Below are positions 1-9,511 of a DNA stretch of 64,000 nt, piece after piece. A program made the position numbers and the translations under genes. The stretch comes from Candidatus Microgenomatus sp. (lineage in GTDB: Bacteria > Patescibacteriota > Minisyncoccia > UBA6257 > GWB1-50-10): contig DYGI01000002.1 of the NCBI GenBank assembly GCA_020724805.1, forward strand, positions 23,582 through 87,581. Direction: 5' to 3'. How positions within the stretch are numbered: the stretch's first letter is position 1; each line of letters opens with the position of its first letter. Under the pieces are notes generated by a model, which was given only the letters and a program-made list of their open reading frames with translations, did not search any database and was not told the origin of the DNA.

Positions 1-186
1 AGATATTGGAAACTTATCAAAGAATTCAAAGAAGTGACCGGCATTCCGATGCTTCTCAATACCTCATTCAATCTAAAAGGGGAGCCGATCGTAAACACTC
101 CCGAAGAAGCGTACCACACCTTCATGCGGAGTGGGCTTGATGTGCTGGTGATGGGGAATTATGTAGTCACGAAGCGCGCTACTTAA
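1..186 (+). CDS. Carbamoyltransferase (NodU/CmcH family), C-terminal fragment cut by the window edge
   Basis: Own translation of frame 1: RYWKLIKEFKEVTGIPMLLNTSFNLKGEPIVNTPEEAYHTFMRSGLDVLVMGNY, stop TAA at 184-186. LLNTSFN..GEPIV is the NodU/CmcH C-terminal signature. Confidence 0.9.
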   Translation, partial: RYWKLIKEFKEVTGIPMLLNTSFNLKGEPIVNTPEEAYHTFMRSGLDVLVMGNYVVTKRAT

Positions 187-1243
187 TGGAAAGCGTGCTG
201 AGTATGAGCGAGTTTGAGAGTATCTGGAACCCCGCGATGGCGGAAACGAGGAGCGCGTCAAAGGCGCCTGCGTCGGCACCGAGGAGCTTAAGTGCCAAGG
301 GAATGAGTATAAGGACGGCTCCCGCCGTAAGCGCGGTTTTGAGCCGGAAGGTCGCGTAGAATTTTCTCACGAACGGGACGTCCTCTTCGAACCGCGTGTG
401 GAGATAAGTCTTGGCGAAGAGTCCTACAAAGAACATCTGAACGCCGACGAGGGGGAAAAGTATTTTCACGGTTGCCGCGTTTAAAAATGTGCCGCCGGCT
501 TCATTCAGCGAAAGCCCGAGCGCTCCGAGCGCGAAGAGAATTCCGCCGGTAACGAAATATACGGAGAGTGGTGCCTGGAGTGCGATGTATTTAAGGTGTG
601 CGAAGCCGTCACGATAAGGCCGTAGTTTCGACGTGCCTCTCCGCGGTCGATACGTGATAGGAACCTCCGCATACGTGAGGCGTTTCTGCTTCGCCTTTAT
701 TAGCATTTCGGTTGCGAATTCCATCCCCGAAGTTTTAAGTGCGAGCGTGTCGTAGGTCGATCTTTTGAGTGCACGGAAACCCGACTGGCTGTCTGAGGTG
801 CGGATGCCGAAGAAAACGAAAAGGAGAAGGTTCAGTACGGGTGTGCCGAAGTAGCGATGGAGAAACGGCATAGCGCCAGGAACTATTGTGCCGTCGAGAC
901 GACTTCCGATCGCGATGTCCGCACGTTCAAGCGCTTTGAGGAGCGAGGGGATGGTGGAGAGGTCGTAGGTGCCGTCGGCATCAGAGTAAATTATTATTTC
1001 GCCGCGGGCGCATGCGATACCTTCACGGAGTGCGGTGCCGTAGCCGTCTTTCCCGTGAGGCACCACCGCGGCGCCGGCTTTCGTCGCTATGGCGGCGGAG
1101 CGGTCGCGTGAAGAATCCGCGACGATAATCTCGCCTTCGATGTGATGCGTTGCGAAGATTGTACGTGCTTCCTCTACGCAGCGTGCCACCGCAGCTTCCT
1201 CGTCGCGGCATGGGAACACGACGGAGACCGCAATTCGCTTCAT
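179..1243 (-). CDS. Glycosyltransferase family 2 (polyprenol-phosphate glycosyltransferase, DPM1-like) with C-terminal TM helices
   Basis: SVVFPCRDE, ADSSRD, GYGTALREG, DADGTY (DxD), SDSQSGFRA, FATEMLIKA; hydrophobic C-terminus. Confidence 0.9.
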   Translation of the reverse strand: MKRIAVSVVFPCRDEEAAVARCVEEARTIFATHHIEGEIIVADSSRDRSAAIATKAGAAVVPHGKDGYGTALREGIACARGEIIIYSDADGTYDLSTIPSLLKALERADIAIGSRLDGTIVPGAMPFLHRYFGTPVLNLLLFVFFGIRTSDSQSGFRALKRSTYDTLALKTSGMEFATEMLIKAKQKRLTYAEVPITYRPRRGTSKLRPYRDGFAHLKYIALQAPLSVYFVTGGILFALGALGLSLNEAGGTFLNAATVKILFPLVGVQMFFVGLFAKTYLHTRFEEDVPFVRKFYATFRLKTALTAGAVLILIPLALKLLGADAGAFDALLVSAIAGFQILSNSLILSTLSIK

Positions 1244-1270
1244 GTAAGTGTAGGGTATAATAAAACGTGA

Positions 1271-3061
1271 ATGGTGTCGATTTTAGTGGGAATTTTGACC
1301 GCGCCCATCCTTTTTTTTCTTCCCGGTTATTTTTGGTCGCTCTCGTTGCCGTGGGTTCGTGGTTTCACCGTGCGCCTTGCGGTGTCGCTTGTGACGAGCG
1401 TGGCACTTGGGGTGCTTTTAAGCTACGGAGCGGCACTCTTCGATATTCCGGTTGGTGCGGCACTTTTCGCTGGATTGCTTTTGACTTCGGCGGGTTTCGG
1501 ATGGACAGTGCGGCGTAGGCTTTTTGAGGCGGTTTCCGAGTGGAGGGAAGTGCCGCGGAGCGAAAAAATGATGGCGGCAGGCCTCGTTTTTCTCTGTGTG
1601 GTGGCGGGAATTTTTGTATCGTTGCCTCATTTCGGTTACCCGTGGCCCGTCCACGGGGACGAGTGGTGGAGTGTGGGTGAGGTGCAAAATCTTTTGGAGG
1701 GGCGGTCACTTGACACTCACCCGTATTTTCTCGACCCGCTCACGAATTACAAACCGGGACTCACCGCGTATCTTTCGGGAATTTTTTCGCTGTGGCGCGT
1801 CGACCCCGTCTCCGCATGGGCCCATCTTCCTGGCGCGAACCTTTTCTTTATCGCGCTCATTTCGTCACTCCTTCTTTTTTCGATAACGCGCGATAAATTA
1901 GTCGCGCTCGCGGTTCCGGTGTTCCTCGCGGCGGTGCGGTCGAACGCGTATATGCTCGGGTGGTGGTTTTTTGTTCCTTCGACATTCGCGTTCCTTTTTA
2001 TTATCCCGCTTGTCGTCACGGTTCCGAGTTGGGCTTCAAACCGGCGCGGCGTCGTCTGGGTGCTTGCGATATTCGGAGCGCTGGCTGCGGTGTATCTTCC
2101 TTTCGCACTTTTTCTTGCGCTCGCATTCGTTCCGCTCTTTTTCTTTTCGCTCCACGGAAACGCGCGAATGATTTTTTCGATTGCGGCGCTCATGTTGTTC
2201 GCCGCGCTCGTGTTCACCGGAGCGGAGCTAAGTCCTTATCGGGAATACTGGCGCCTCTCGTCGCTGTCTGCAGCGGAAGGATGGTTTGCCGCATTCACCA
2301 CCTCATTCTTCGTTCCTATTGATGCGACGGTTCATTTCGCACAGTCTCCTGGAGCGGTGAGCGTCACCGGGTTCGGCTTGCTCGTGTTTGCGCTCGTCGG
2401 CGTATGGAAGACGTGGCGGAGCGATTGGGTGCGCGGTCTCAGGTGGGTATTGCTCGCGGCGGCAATGAATGTGACGTTGGTTATTTTCGGAGGAGTCTCG
2501 TTTTTGCTTTTTCATCAGCGCGCATTCCATCTTTTTGCGGCGATGGCGGCGCTCTGGGCCGTGCTCGGTCTTGCGGTACTCGCGCGCGAATGGTATGGGT
2601 GGGTCACAGAAAAGTGGGGGATGAGGTGGCGACGCACGCTCGTGCTTGTTTTCGCCATACTCACGCTTTCTTTTGTGTTTTTCGGTTACTTTCGGTTGCC
2701 GGCTGGCACCAGTCTCTATTTTCTCGTGAACGAGAACGATCTTGTGGCACTCCGTTGGCTCCGCGGCGAGCCTACGCTCCGCGGGTTAAAGGTAGTGGCG
2801 GATCCCGATGTTGGTACGATAGTGACCCCCCTCACGCGGTTGGTCTCCAAGGTCACTCTTCGGACGGGACAAAATACCTCTTCTGTTATTAACCCCGCGT
2901 CGGGGCGCATCTCGTTTATTGAGAGCACCTGCGAAGAGAAACGGGAATATCTTACGAGGATGGATGCGGATATCGCCTATACGCGTACCTCCCAATCGTG
3001 CCCATTTTTGGAGGAGATATTCAATACGGAAGGGGTATTTATTTACCGTATCAACAAATAA
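1271..3061 (+). CDS. Polytopic membrane protein, probable GT-C fold glycosyltransferase
   Basis: 596 aa with many TM segments; N-terminal LFFLPGY; acidic GDEW motif in an early external loop; soluble C-terminal domain; divergent from the GT2 gene. Confidence 0.6.
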   Translation: MVSILVGILTAPILFFLPGYFWSLSLPWVRGFTVRLAVSLVTSVALGVLLSYGAALFDIPVGAALFAGLLLTSAGFGWTVRRRLFEAVSEWREVPRSEKMMAAGLVFLCVVAGIFVSLPHFGYPWPVHGDEWWSVGEVQNLLEGRSLDTHPYFLDPLTNYKPGLTAYLSGIFSLWRVDPVSAWAHLPGANLFFIALISSLLLFSITRDKLVALAVPVFLAAVRSNAYMLGWWFFVPSTFAFLFIIPLVVTVPSWASNRRGVVWVLAIFGALAAVYLPFALFLALAFVPLFFFSLHGNARMIFSIAALMLFAALVFTGAELSPYREYWRLSSLSAAEGWFAAFTTSFFVPIDATVHFAQSPGAVSVTGFGLLVFALVGVWKTWRSDWVRGLRWVLLAAAMNVTLVIFGGVSFLLFHQRAFHLFAAMAALWAVLGLAVLAREWYGWVTEKWGMRWRRTLVLVFAILTLSFVFFGYFRLPAGTSLYFLVNENDLVALRWLRGEPTLRGLKVVADPDVGTIVTPLTRLVSKVTLRTGQNTSSVINPASGRISFIESTCEEKREYLTRMDADIAYTRTSQSCPFLEEIFNTEGVFIYRINK

Positions 3062-3115
3062 AGGCTTTTCCCCAGCGTACGGCACTTTCCCTAAACTTAG
3101 GTTTGATATAATGGA

Positions 3116-3559
3116 ATGAATCGAATGGAAGCCCCGACTCAAGCGAAATCGTCCCCCTGGCTCCTTATTGTGGGAGCGGTGGTGGTAGCGTTGGTGCTGT
3201 TCTTTGTTTTTTCGGACGGGTGGGGCGATGACACATCGGACAACGGACCGTTTGGCGTTATTGTGGCGCCGACGAATGGCCTCTCAATTGTGGAGATAAA
3301 AGCGGAGGGTGGAAAATTCTTACCGAACGAGATCACGGTGAAGCGTCCCGACCCCGTCATGATTATGTTCACCGCGGTTGATGATAAATACGACATCGGC
3401 TTTGAGGACCCAAAGATAGGATTTGACGTGATTGCGGAAGTTGGTGCGGTGCAGCGATTCGGTTTCGAAACAAGCGACAAAACCCCCGGTTTCTATACCT
3501 TCCACTGCATTGAGTTTTGCCCGAAAGGTGAAATGACGGGGACGTTGAAAATAGAATAA
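3116..3559 (+). CDS. Membrane-anchored cupredoxin-domain protein (CuA-like CxxxC motif, His ligands absent)
   Basis: N-terminal TM; F.P.EITVK..D.V pattern; C-terminal GFYTFHCIEFCPKGEMTGTLKIE. Confidence 0.8.
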   Translation: MNRMEAPTQAKSSPWLLIVGAVVVALVLFFVFSDGWGDDTSDNGPFGVIVAPTNGLSIVEIKAEGGKFLPNEITVKRPDPVMIMFTAVDDKYDIGFEDPKIGFDVIAEVGAVQRFGFETSDKTPGFYTFHCIEFCPKGEMTGTLKIE

Positions 3560-3572
3560 CCTAATTTCCATC

Positions 3573-6500
3573 ATGAAACGCTTTGCATTGCTGGTCGGGA
3601 TAATCGCCCTCTTCGGGGCGATGGTGATTGCGAGTCCGCTTGATATGGAAGAAGTAAGAGCTGCGGTGTGGGACTGGGTCCCCGGTTCGGAGAGCGGCAT
3701 CTCCGCGACTCCCACTTCGCAGTCCGCCATCAGCGTGAGTTGGGGCGAGGACTATTATTCGACCGGTCCCGAAGACCTCTACCGTTGTTCGGGGAGCGGC
3801 AGTTGTACGCCGACTTATTTTGCGAACGTTTTCCAGAGTTCGAGCTATAACAACACCGGTCTCTCGTGTGGCACTACCTATCGCTACCGTGTCTGCTCCG
3901 ACTACGGTTGTACGAGCATCGCCACCGCATCGACCGACGCTTGTACGCCTGCAACGCCGAGCACACCTTCGGCAAGTGGTACGGGCCAGACGACGATGTC
4001 GGTGACGTGGGGTGCAGTGAGTGGCGCTTCTGGCTACCACGTGTATCGAAACAGCGGCTATATCGGCGCGAGCGGAAGTGCGAGCTACAACGATTCTGGT
4101 TTGAGTTGCGGTACGCAATATGGTTACGGGATCGTGGCGTACGTAACGACGAACGGTCGCACGTATTACTCAGGTACTTCTGCGACAGGATATGGGTCGA
4201 CGAACGCGTGTCCGAGCGTGCCCACTCCGCCTTCCGGAGTCACCGCCACTCCAACCTCACAGACCACGCTCATAGTTGGATGGACCGACAACTCCGGGAA
4301 CGAAACCGGCTTTAAGGTATACAGTGGTGACGGAGTTACGCCGCGGAGCACTACTGGCGCGAATATCACTTCGGTTGAAGAAGGAGGGTTGAGTTGTGCG
4401 ACAAGCTACGACAAATGGGGGGTGAGAGCGTATAACGCGGTCGGGGACTCGAACATCGCATTCAATACCCCCCCGAGTACGCTCGATGCCTGTACGCCCT
4501 CCGCGCCTTCAGCGTTGAGTTGCAGCCCGGCCTCGCAGAGTCAGATCAACTGTTCGTGGACTGATAACTCGAACAATCCCACCACCAACTACGAAACTGG
4601 TTTCCAGGTCGAGCGATGTAGCGGATCGGGGTGTTCGGGCTACTCCCTGGTAGGTTCACCAGGTCAGAACGTCACATCCTTCTCGAGTACGGGACTTGCT
4701 TCAGGTACGCTCTATCGTCACCGTGTGCGGGCTTACGTGAGCACAAACGGGAGAACTTACTACTCTGGTTACACTGCTGTTTCAGACGCAACGACCGATG
4801 CTGCGACTCCCGGCGTTCCGACGAGCGTTTCACAGACTCCGACGGGGCAGGCGACTGTTCAAATAAGTTGGGCGGGCGGTTCGCCTTCGACCCAGACAGG
4901 GTTCCGTGTTACGGATGCGCAAGGCGTGCAGGACTATAATTCTTCGACCTTTAATGCGACCGGACTTTGCAGCACTGCGGGTGCGGCACTCTCATGTGGT
5001 ACCTCGTGCACCGCAGTCAATGTAAGAGCATATGTCGATACGAATGGGCGGCGATACTATTCCAACACAGTTACGCCGACCGCGGTTACGCTGGATGCCT
5101 GTACGCCCGCGACCCCGACCGGAGTGAGTGCAAGCGCAGTAGCCGCAAACCAAGTGAACGTGTCGTGGGGCAATGTGGCGGGAGAAACGGGATATAAAAT
5201 CAGTCGATGTACGGGGAGTAGCTGTTCACCTGCGTCGTACACAACAAAAGCAGTTGATGTAACATCGCACCCTGACGGCAGTCTCTTAGAGAACACAATC
5301 CACCGGTATGCCGTGAGTTCGTATGTATCAACGAACGGGAGGGAATATGAATCAGATCTTTCTACGGTTGCGCAGGCAACCACGCAAGATCTCGCGGTTG
5401 CCATCACTACATACTCCAGCTATGTGAACGCGGCGAACCAGGCGGCGATAGCGGTTTCCGGCACCTGCAGCGGCGGGAGCGGTACGGTGAGTATTTCGAT
5501 AACATCGACCGGTGGCGGAGGACCGGTAACCGCCTCGCCTACTTGTTCCTCCGGTACCTGGTCGGCGGGTTCTCTGAACCTTACGCCGCTTGGCCAAGGA
5601 AATCTGACCTATGCTGCAACACTTACAGTGTCACCGAACACCGCGAACGCGAGTCAGCCGGGCGTGAAAGATGTTACCGCGCCCAGTGTAACTGCGCCGA
5701 CCGACGGAGGCACCTGGACTAATAACACCTCTCTCACTTTCAGCTCAACGCCGAGCGACACGGGCGGCTCTGGTCTCTCCGATTGCACCGGTCAGATAGA
5801 CGTCAACAACACCGACGGCGCCGGCCTCGTGTTCAACGGCTCGGTGGGCACCGATGGTGACCATACGTTTGTGGGAACCTCCGGTAACACTTATTACTAT
5901 CGGGTATCTTGTACTGATAATGCGGGCAACTCGAGCGGATATACCGCGTGGACTAACGGAATCGGTCTCGACACAGGAAACCCCTCGATCACTGGCCCAA
6001 CAGACACTGGCACCTGGACTAATAACACCTCTCTCACTTTCAGCTCGACGCCGAGCGACACGGGCGGCTCTGGTCTCTCCGATTGCACCGGTCAGATAGA
6101 CGTCAACAACACCGACGGCGCCGGCCTCGTGTTCAACGGCTCGGTGGGCACCGATGGTGACCATACTTTCATCGGGACTGAGGGGAATACCTACTATTAT
6201 CGGGTATCTTGTACTGATAATGCGAGCAACTCGAGCGGATATACCGCGTGGACTAATGGGATTGGCATTGATCTTACTGCGCCCGCGTTCAGCTCGAAGA
6301 CCGCCGCATGCGGTAGCTGGCAAAACACGAACTGGGTCTCGACCTTCACCTACACCGATTCGTTCTCGGGCATCGCGTCCGGGAACAACCCCACCTGCAC
6401 TATCTCGACCGATGGGGCGAGCCAGACCTGCAACGTTACTCCGAATGTCTGCGACAACGCGAGTAACTGCAACACGACGCTTATCACGAGTAACACCTGT

Positions 6501-7175
6501 AGCGTCGACAAGACGGCGCCGACCCCTAACCCCTCCACTGGCTCCGCAGCGAGTACCTGTGCGTATGACGCCGCGACTCGCTCTATCACGTGGACCATCA
6601 ATTCTTCCACGGATGTAACTTCCGGTCTGAATAGCTCGGGTTACTCCTTTACAAACGGTTCCACCTGGCAGGCCTCAAACCAGTTGGTGGAATCGGGAGT
6701 TACTACCGCAACAACCACTAAAACGGTAAGAGCACGCGACGTTGCGGACAACCAGACGACTGCGGGTACTATAACCGCCGGTCAAGTCGTATGCATACCG
6801 CCTCCCTCGAGTGCGCCCACATCGCCTTCCGGGTCACTCGACGGTGGGCAAGGGAGCGTGCTTCTGTCGTGGTCTGAAGTTCCAGATGTTTCAGGATATC
6901 TCATCGAGCAAAGCACGGATGGTGGATCGACATGGAATTACCTACCTGATGGTACGATTTCATTAGGGTCGGTTACCACCCATCCGGTTTCGAACTATGA
7001 AAACGAATGTCCTAAGGATTATCTCTATCGCGTGATTGCTTACACGACCGATGCGAGCTCTGATAATGATACGAACTGTCCTGTGGGGCAGCGTGATAAC
7101 CGGAAATGCTCTGCTCCTTCGGCCGCCATTACGGCACAAATTCGCTATTGCACCGGGTTCTTCTTGGGAGAGTAA
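3573..7175 (+). CDS. Large secreted Ser/Thr/Cys-rich fibronectin type III / Ig-like repeat surface protein (1200 aa)
   Basis: Signal peptide; repeated Fn3 motifs (W.DNS.NETGF, GLSCGT.Y.YRV.AY); recurring YVxTNGRxY and DACTP motifs; D.TAP linkers. Confidence 0.85.
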   Translation: MKRFALLVGIIALFGAMVIASPLDMEEVRAAVWDWVPGSESGISATPTSQSAISVSWGEDYYSTGPEDLYRCSGSGSCTPTYFANVFQSSSYNNTGLSCGTTYRYRVCSDYGCTSIATASTDACTPATPSTPSASGTGQTTMSVTWGAVSGASGYHVYRNSGYIGASGSASYNDSGLSCGTQYGYGIVAYVTTNGRTYYSGTSATGYGSTNACPSVPTPPSGVTATPTSQTTLIVGWTDNSGNETGFKVYSGDGVTPRSTTGANITSVEEGGLSCATSYDKWGVRAYNAVGDSNIAFNTPPSTLDACTPSAPSALSCSPASQSQINCSWTDNSNNPTTNYETGFQVERCSGSGCSGYSLVGSPGQNVTSFSSTGLASGTLYRHRVRAYVSTNGRTYYSGYTAVSDATTDAATPGVPTSVSQTPTGQATVQISWAGGSPSTQTGFRVTDAQGVQDYNSSTFNATGLCSTAGAALSCGTSCTAVNVRAYVDTNGRRYYSNTVTPTAVTLDACTPATPTGVSASAVAANQVNVSWGNVAGETGYKISRCTGSSCSPASYTTKAVDVTSHPDGSLLENTIHRYAVSSYVSTNGREYESDLSTVAQATTQDLAVAITTYSSYVNAANQAAIAVSGTCSGGSGTVSISITSTGGGGPVTASPTCSSGTWSAGSLNLTPLGQGNLTYAATLTVSPNTANASQPGVKDVTAPSVTAPTDGGTWTNNTSLTFSSTPSDTGGSGLSDCTGQIDVNNTDGAGLVFNGSVGTDGDHTFVGTSGNTYYYRVSCTDNAGNSSGYTAWTNGIGLDTGNPSITGPTDTGTWTNNTSLTFSSTPSDTGGSGLSDCTGQIDVNNTDGAGLVFNGSVGTDGDHTFIGTEGNTYYYRVSCTDNASNSSGYTAWTNGIGIDLTAPAFSSKTAACGSWQNTNWVSTFTYTDSFSGIASGNNPTCTISTDGASQTCNVTPNVCDNASNCNTTLITSNTCSVDKTAPTPNPSTGSAASTCAYDAATRSITWTINSSTDVTSGLNSSGYSFTNGSTWQASNQLVESGVTTATTTKTVRARDVADNQTTAGTITAGQVVCIPPPSSAPTSPSGSLDGGQGSVLLSWSEVPDVSGYLIEQSTDGGSTWNYLPDGTISLGSVTTHPVSNYENECPKDYLYRVIAYTTDASSDNDTNCPVGQRDNRKCSAPSAAITAQIRYCTGFFLGE
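5709..6259 (+). repeat. Intragenic tandem duplication with 300 bp (100 aa) period
   Basis: 5709-5959 aligns to 6009-6259 at an exact +300 offset; lines 5761 and 6061 are identical. Confidence 0.95.
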
Positions 7176-7188
7176 TCGATAGGGATTT

Positions 7189-7677
7189 ATGGAAAAGAAA
7201 AATATTTTTATAGGTGTAGGAGCGATTTTGGTGATTTTTGGGTTGGTGTGGTGGGGTACACAGATGGATGTTCGGAATACATCACAATCCGGCTCGAACA
7301 ACAACGAGGACGAAGAAGTGATTAATAATCTCCCACTTACCCCCGCGGCAGAGGAAGTTTCATTGCCGCAAAGTGATATACGAGGTGCCGCACTCAAAGT
7401 TTTCAATATAACGATGACAAGGGGGGGGATTGTGCCTTCCTCTATTACGGTGGGCGAAGGGGACCGCGTGCAGTTCAATGTGAAAGCGGAGGATGCTCCC
7501 TATGATTTTGAGTTGGAGGTTCCACACTATAATTTCCGTCTGGACGTTATTGAAGAGGGGGAAACGCGTCCCGTTGGTTTTAATGCTGAATCGATCGGAG
7601 AGTTTTCCTTTGGGTGCAGTCAGTTATGTCCGAATAATATTCGCCTCACCGCCCAACTCATTGTTTTGGATAGGTAG
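7189..7677 (+). CDS. Second membrane-anchored cupredoxin-domain protein (CxxxC only)
   Basis: N-terminal TM; PSSITVGEGDRVQFNV; GEFSFGCSQLCP; similar layout to 3116-3559. Confidence 0.8.
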   Translation: MEKKNIFIGVGAILVIFGLVWWGTQMDVRNTSQSGSNNNEDEEVINNLPLTPAAEEVSLPQSDIRGAALKVFNITMTRGGIVPSSITVGEGDRVQFNVKAEDAPYDFELEVPHYNFRLDVIEEGETRPVGFNAESIGEFSFGCSQLCPNNIRLTAQLIVLDR

Positions 7678-7780
7678 TAGAAGTAGTATCTTGTAGCTGG
7701 TATTTGGTATCGGAAATATAAAAGCCCGAGAATTTTCTCGGGCTTTTCACTACTAACTACTTACTACCAACTACTACCTA
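7671..7780. repeat. Inverted arrangement of 7-nt periodic repeats around a terminator; carries the stop codons of both convergent genes
   Basis: TAGGTAGTAG (7671-7680) and CTACTACCTA (7771-7780) form a perfect IR; period-7 units agtagta/tcttgta/gctggta/tttggta and actacta/actactt/actacca/actacta. Confidence 0.7.
7720..7747. terminator. Bidirectional intrinsic terminator
   Basis: AAAAGCCCGAGAA-TT-TTCTCGGGCTTTT between convergent genes. Confidence 0.85.
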
Positions 7781-9450
7781 AGCAGGAGCATCTTCTTCGT
7801 CTGGACGAATCCATTCGCCTCCAGCCGATAGAAGTACACTCCGCTCGGCAATCCTGATGCGTCCCACGTGACGCGGTGGGTCCCCCTCTCGAAAACATCC
7901 TCGGCGAGTATCGATACTTCGATGCCAAGAATGCTTGTTACCGAAAGGCGGACACGTTCCCTCGTCGGTATGGCGAACTCGATCGTGGTCGCAGGGTTGA
8001 AGGGGTTCGGGTAGTTCTGTGAAAGCGCGAACGTTTTCGGAACTTCCGTCTCCTCGACCTTTACTACACGATCAACGCGATATTCAGGCGAATCTACGCT
8101 GTCTGTCGCGCCGTGGATATCGGTGGCGACAAGGCGGAACTGGAAGGTATGGTCGTGCAGGGCGTACGGTATCGTTCCCCACACCTCGCTCTTTGTGGAG
8201 TCTACCGAAAGCCACGAGGGACTCTTGGCGGAATCGAGCCTTACCGTGACTGGGTCGCCATCAGTATCAAAGGCGAAGTATGTTCTTTTGAAGAACGTCC
8301 CTCCGTACGTCACGGTGTCGCCAGGAGAATAAAGGAGAATCGGGCTGTGGTTTGCCGGTTTGGAAGAAAGAATGCCTCTATATATTCCCTTCCATGTTCC
8401 GACGTATACCGCCGAGTCCTTCATTACGACCGACTGGACGCTTTCTCCTGGGAGACCTAAGAGCTCCCACGTCGAACCATCATCGGTTGACCGATAGAGA
8501 CCTCCATTGCCCATTTCTTGGCACGAGAAGACACTATTGTCGGCACCGAGAACCAGGCTCCAAACCTTCACGTTCGATTTCACCACGTGCCACGTTGCGC
8601 CGTAGTCAGTCGAGCGGTAGATGTTATTGGTCTTACTAAACGGTGGCTCGCCTGGCGGAGCATTGTACAAGAGTCCGCTAGCAAGAAGGTAGTTGTTTGG
8701 GAGTTTAACAAGTGTGGTAATTGATGCTCCCAGAGTGATTCCACTCGAGGATCGTGTCCAACTATCCCCATTGTCCGTGGAACGGTACACCCCGTTCGGT
8801 AGGAATTCGATTCCTCCTGGTCCTACTGTGATGTATGATGTGTCACCGATGAATGTTAGGGATCTGAACTCTTGCCGGTCGGGACCGTGACCACTATCTC
8901 CTGCGTGGGGATTGTCAGGGATTCCGTTTGTGAGCGTGTCCCACTTTACGCCCCGGTCAGTGGAGCGGAAGAGTCCTCGCTCTGTCGCGAAGAAGAAACC
9001 GCCAGTGCTCGGATTGACGCCAAGCTCAAAGCCCCATCTTGTAGCAGGTAACCCTACGCGAGCGCCACTCATTTTTTCCCACGTGTCGCCATCGTCAGTT
9101 GACCGATGAAGTCCGTAGGGAAAACCCGCTACATAAATGTATCCGGAGTCGTCCACCGCGAAGTTCCACCCCTCGCTGTCATAAAATCCACGACTCGGCC
9201 CCACTTCTACCCATGTTTTACCGTTGTCGCGCGATTCCCAAAGCCCTGATGTGTTGGTGAATGGAATTATGCCTGCAAGGATATGTCCTCGCTTGTTTAC
9301 CATAAGCGCTCTCACATTTATGTCCCAGTTGTTCAGTACCTGCTCGAACGCGATGGTGTCAGTACTCTTTGATAAGCTCTGTCCCTCCGCCACGAAGTGG
9401 GGGACGGACGCGGCGATCAGAATCGCCAAATATTTCGTCATGCGTTTCAT
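7774..9450 (-). CDS. Secreted BNR/Asp-box beta-propeller protein with an Ig-like domain and a T9SS type A C-terminal sorting domain
   Basis: Several Asp-box repeats (S.D.G.TW); C-terminus PKTFALSQNYPNPFNPATTIEF...WDASGLPSGVYFYRLEANGFVQTKKMLLLR; AAGGAG upstream of ATG 9450. Confidence 0.85.
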   Translation of the reverse strand: MKRMTKYLAILIAASVPHFVAEGQSLSKSTDTIAFEQVLNNWDINVRALMVNKRGHILAGIIPFTNTSGLWESRDNGKTWVEVGPSRGFYDSEGWNFAVDDSGYIYVAGFPYGLHRSTDDGDTWEKMSGARVGLPATRWGFELGVNPSTGGFFFATERGLFRSTDRGVKWDTLTNGIPDNPHAGDSGHGPDRQEFRSLTFIGDTSYITVGPGGIEFLPNGVYRSTDNGDSWTRSSSGITLGASITTLVKLPNNYLLASGLLYNAPPGEPPFSKTNNIYRSTDYGATWHVVKSNVKVWSLVLGADNSVFSCQEMGNGGLYRSTDDGSTWELLGLPGESVQSVVMKDSAVYVGTWKGIYRGILSSKPANHSPILLYSPGDTVTYGGTFFKRTYFAFDTDGDPVTVRLDSAKSPSWLSVDSTKSEVWGTIPYALHDHTFQFRLVATDIHGATDSVDSPEYRVDRVVKVEETEVPKTFALSQNYPNPFNPATTIEFAIPTRERVRLSVTSILGIEVSILAEDVFERGTHRVTWDASGLPSGVYFYRLEANGFVQTKKMLLLR

Positions 9451-9511
9451 CCCGCACACTCCTTTCCTTCCGTTCAGTTCAGTGATTTGTGATTGTTAAT
9501 ATTGCCCCTGT

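Noticed and set aside
3116-3559. Cytochrome c oxidase subunit II / NosZ call
   Set aside because: The CuA His ligands are missing, and there is no subunit I or other respiratory gene nearby.
5709-6270. Possible DGR template/variable repeat pair
   Set aside because: Differences are not adenine-specific, both copies are in frame in one gene, and no reverse transcriptase is in the window.
7671-7780. Short repeats as a CRISPR array
   Set aside because: Units are 7 nt with no spacers, and there are no cas genes. No CRISPR-like array was seen anywhere in the window.
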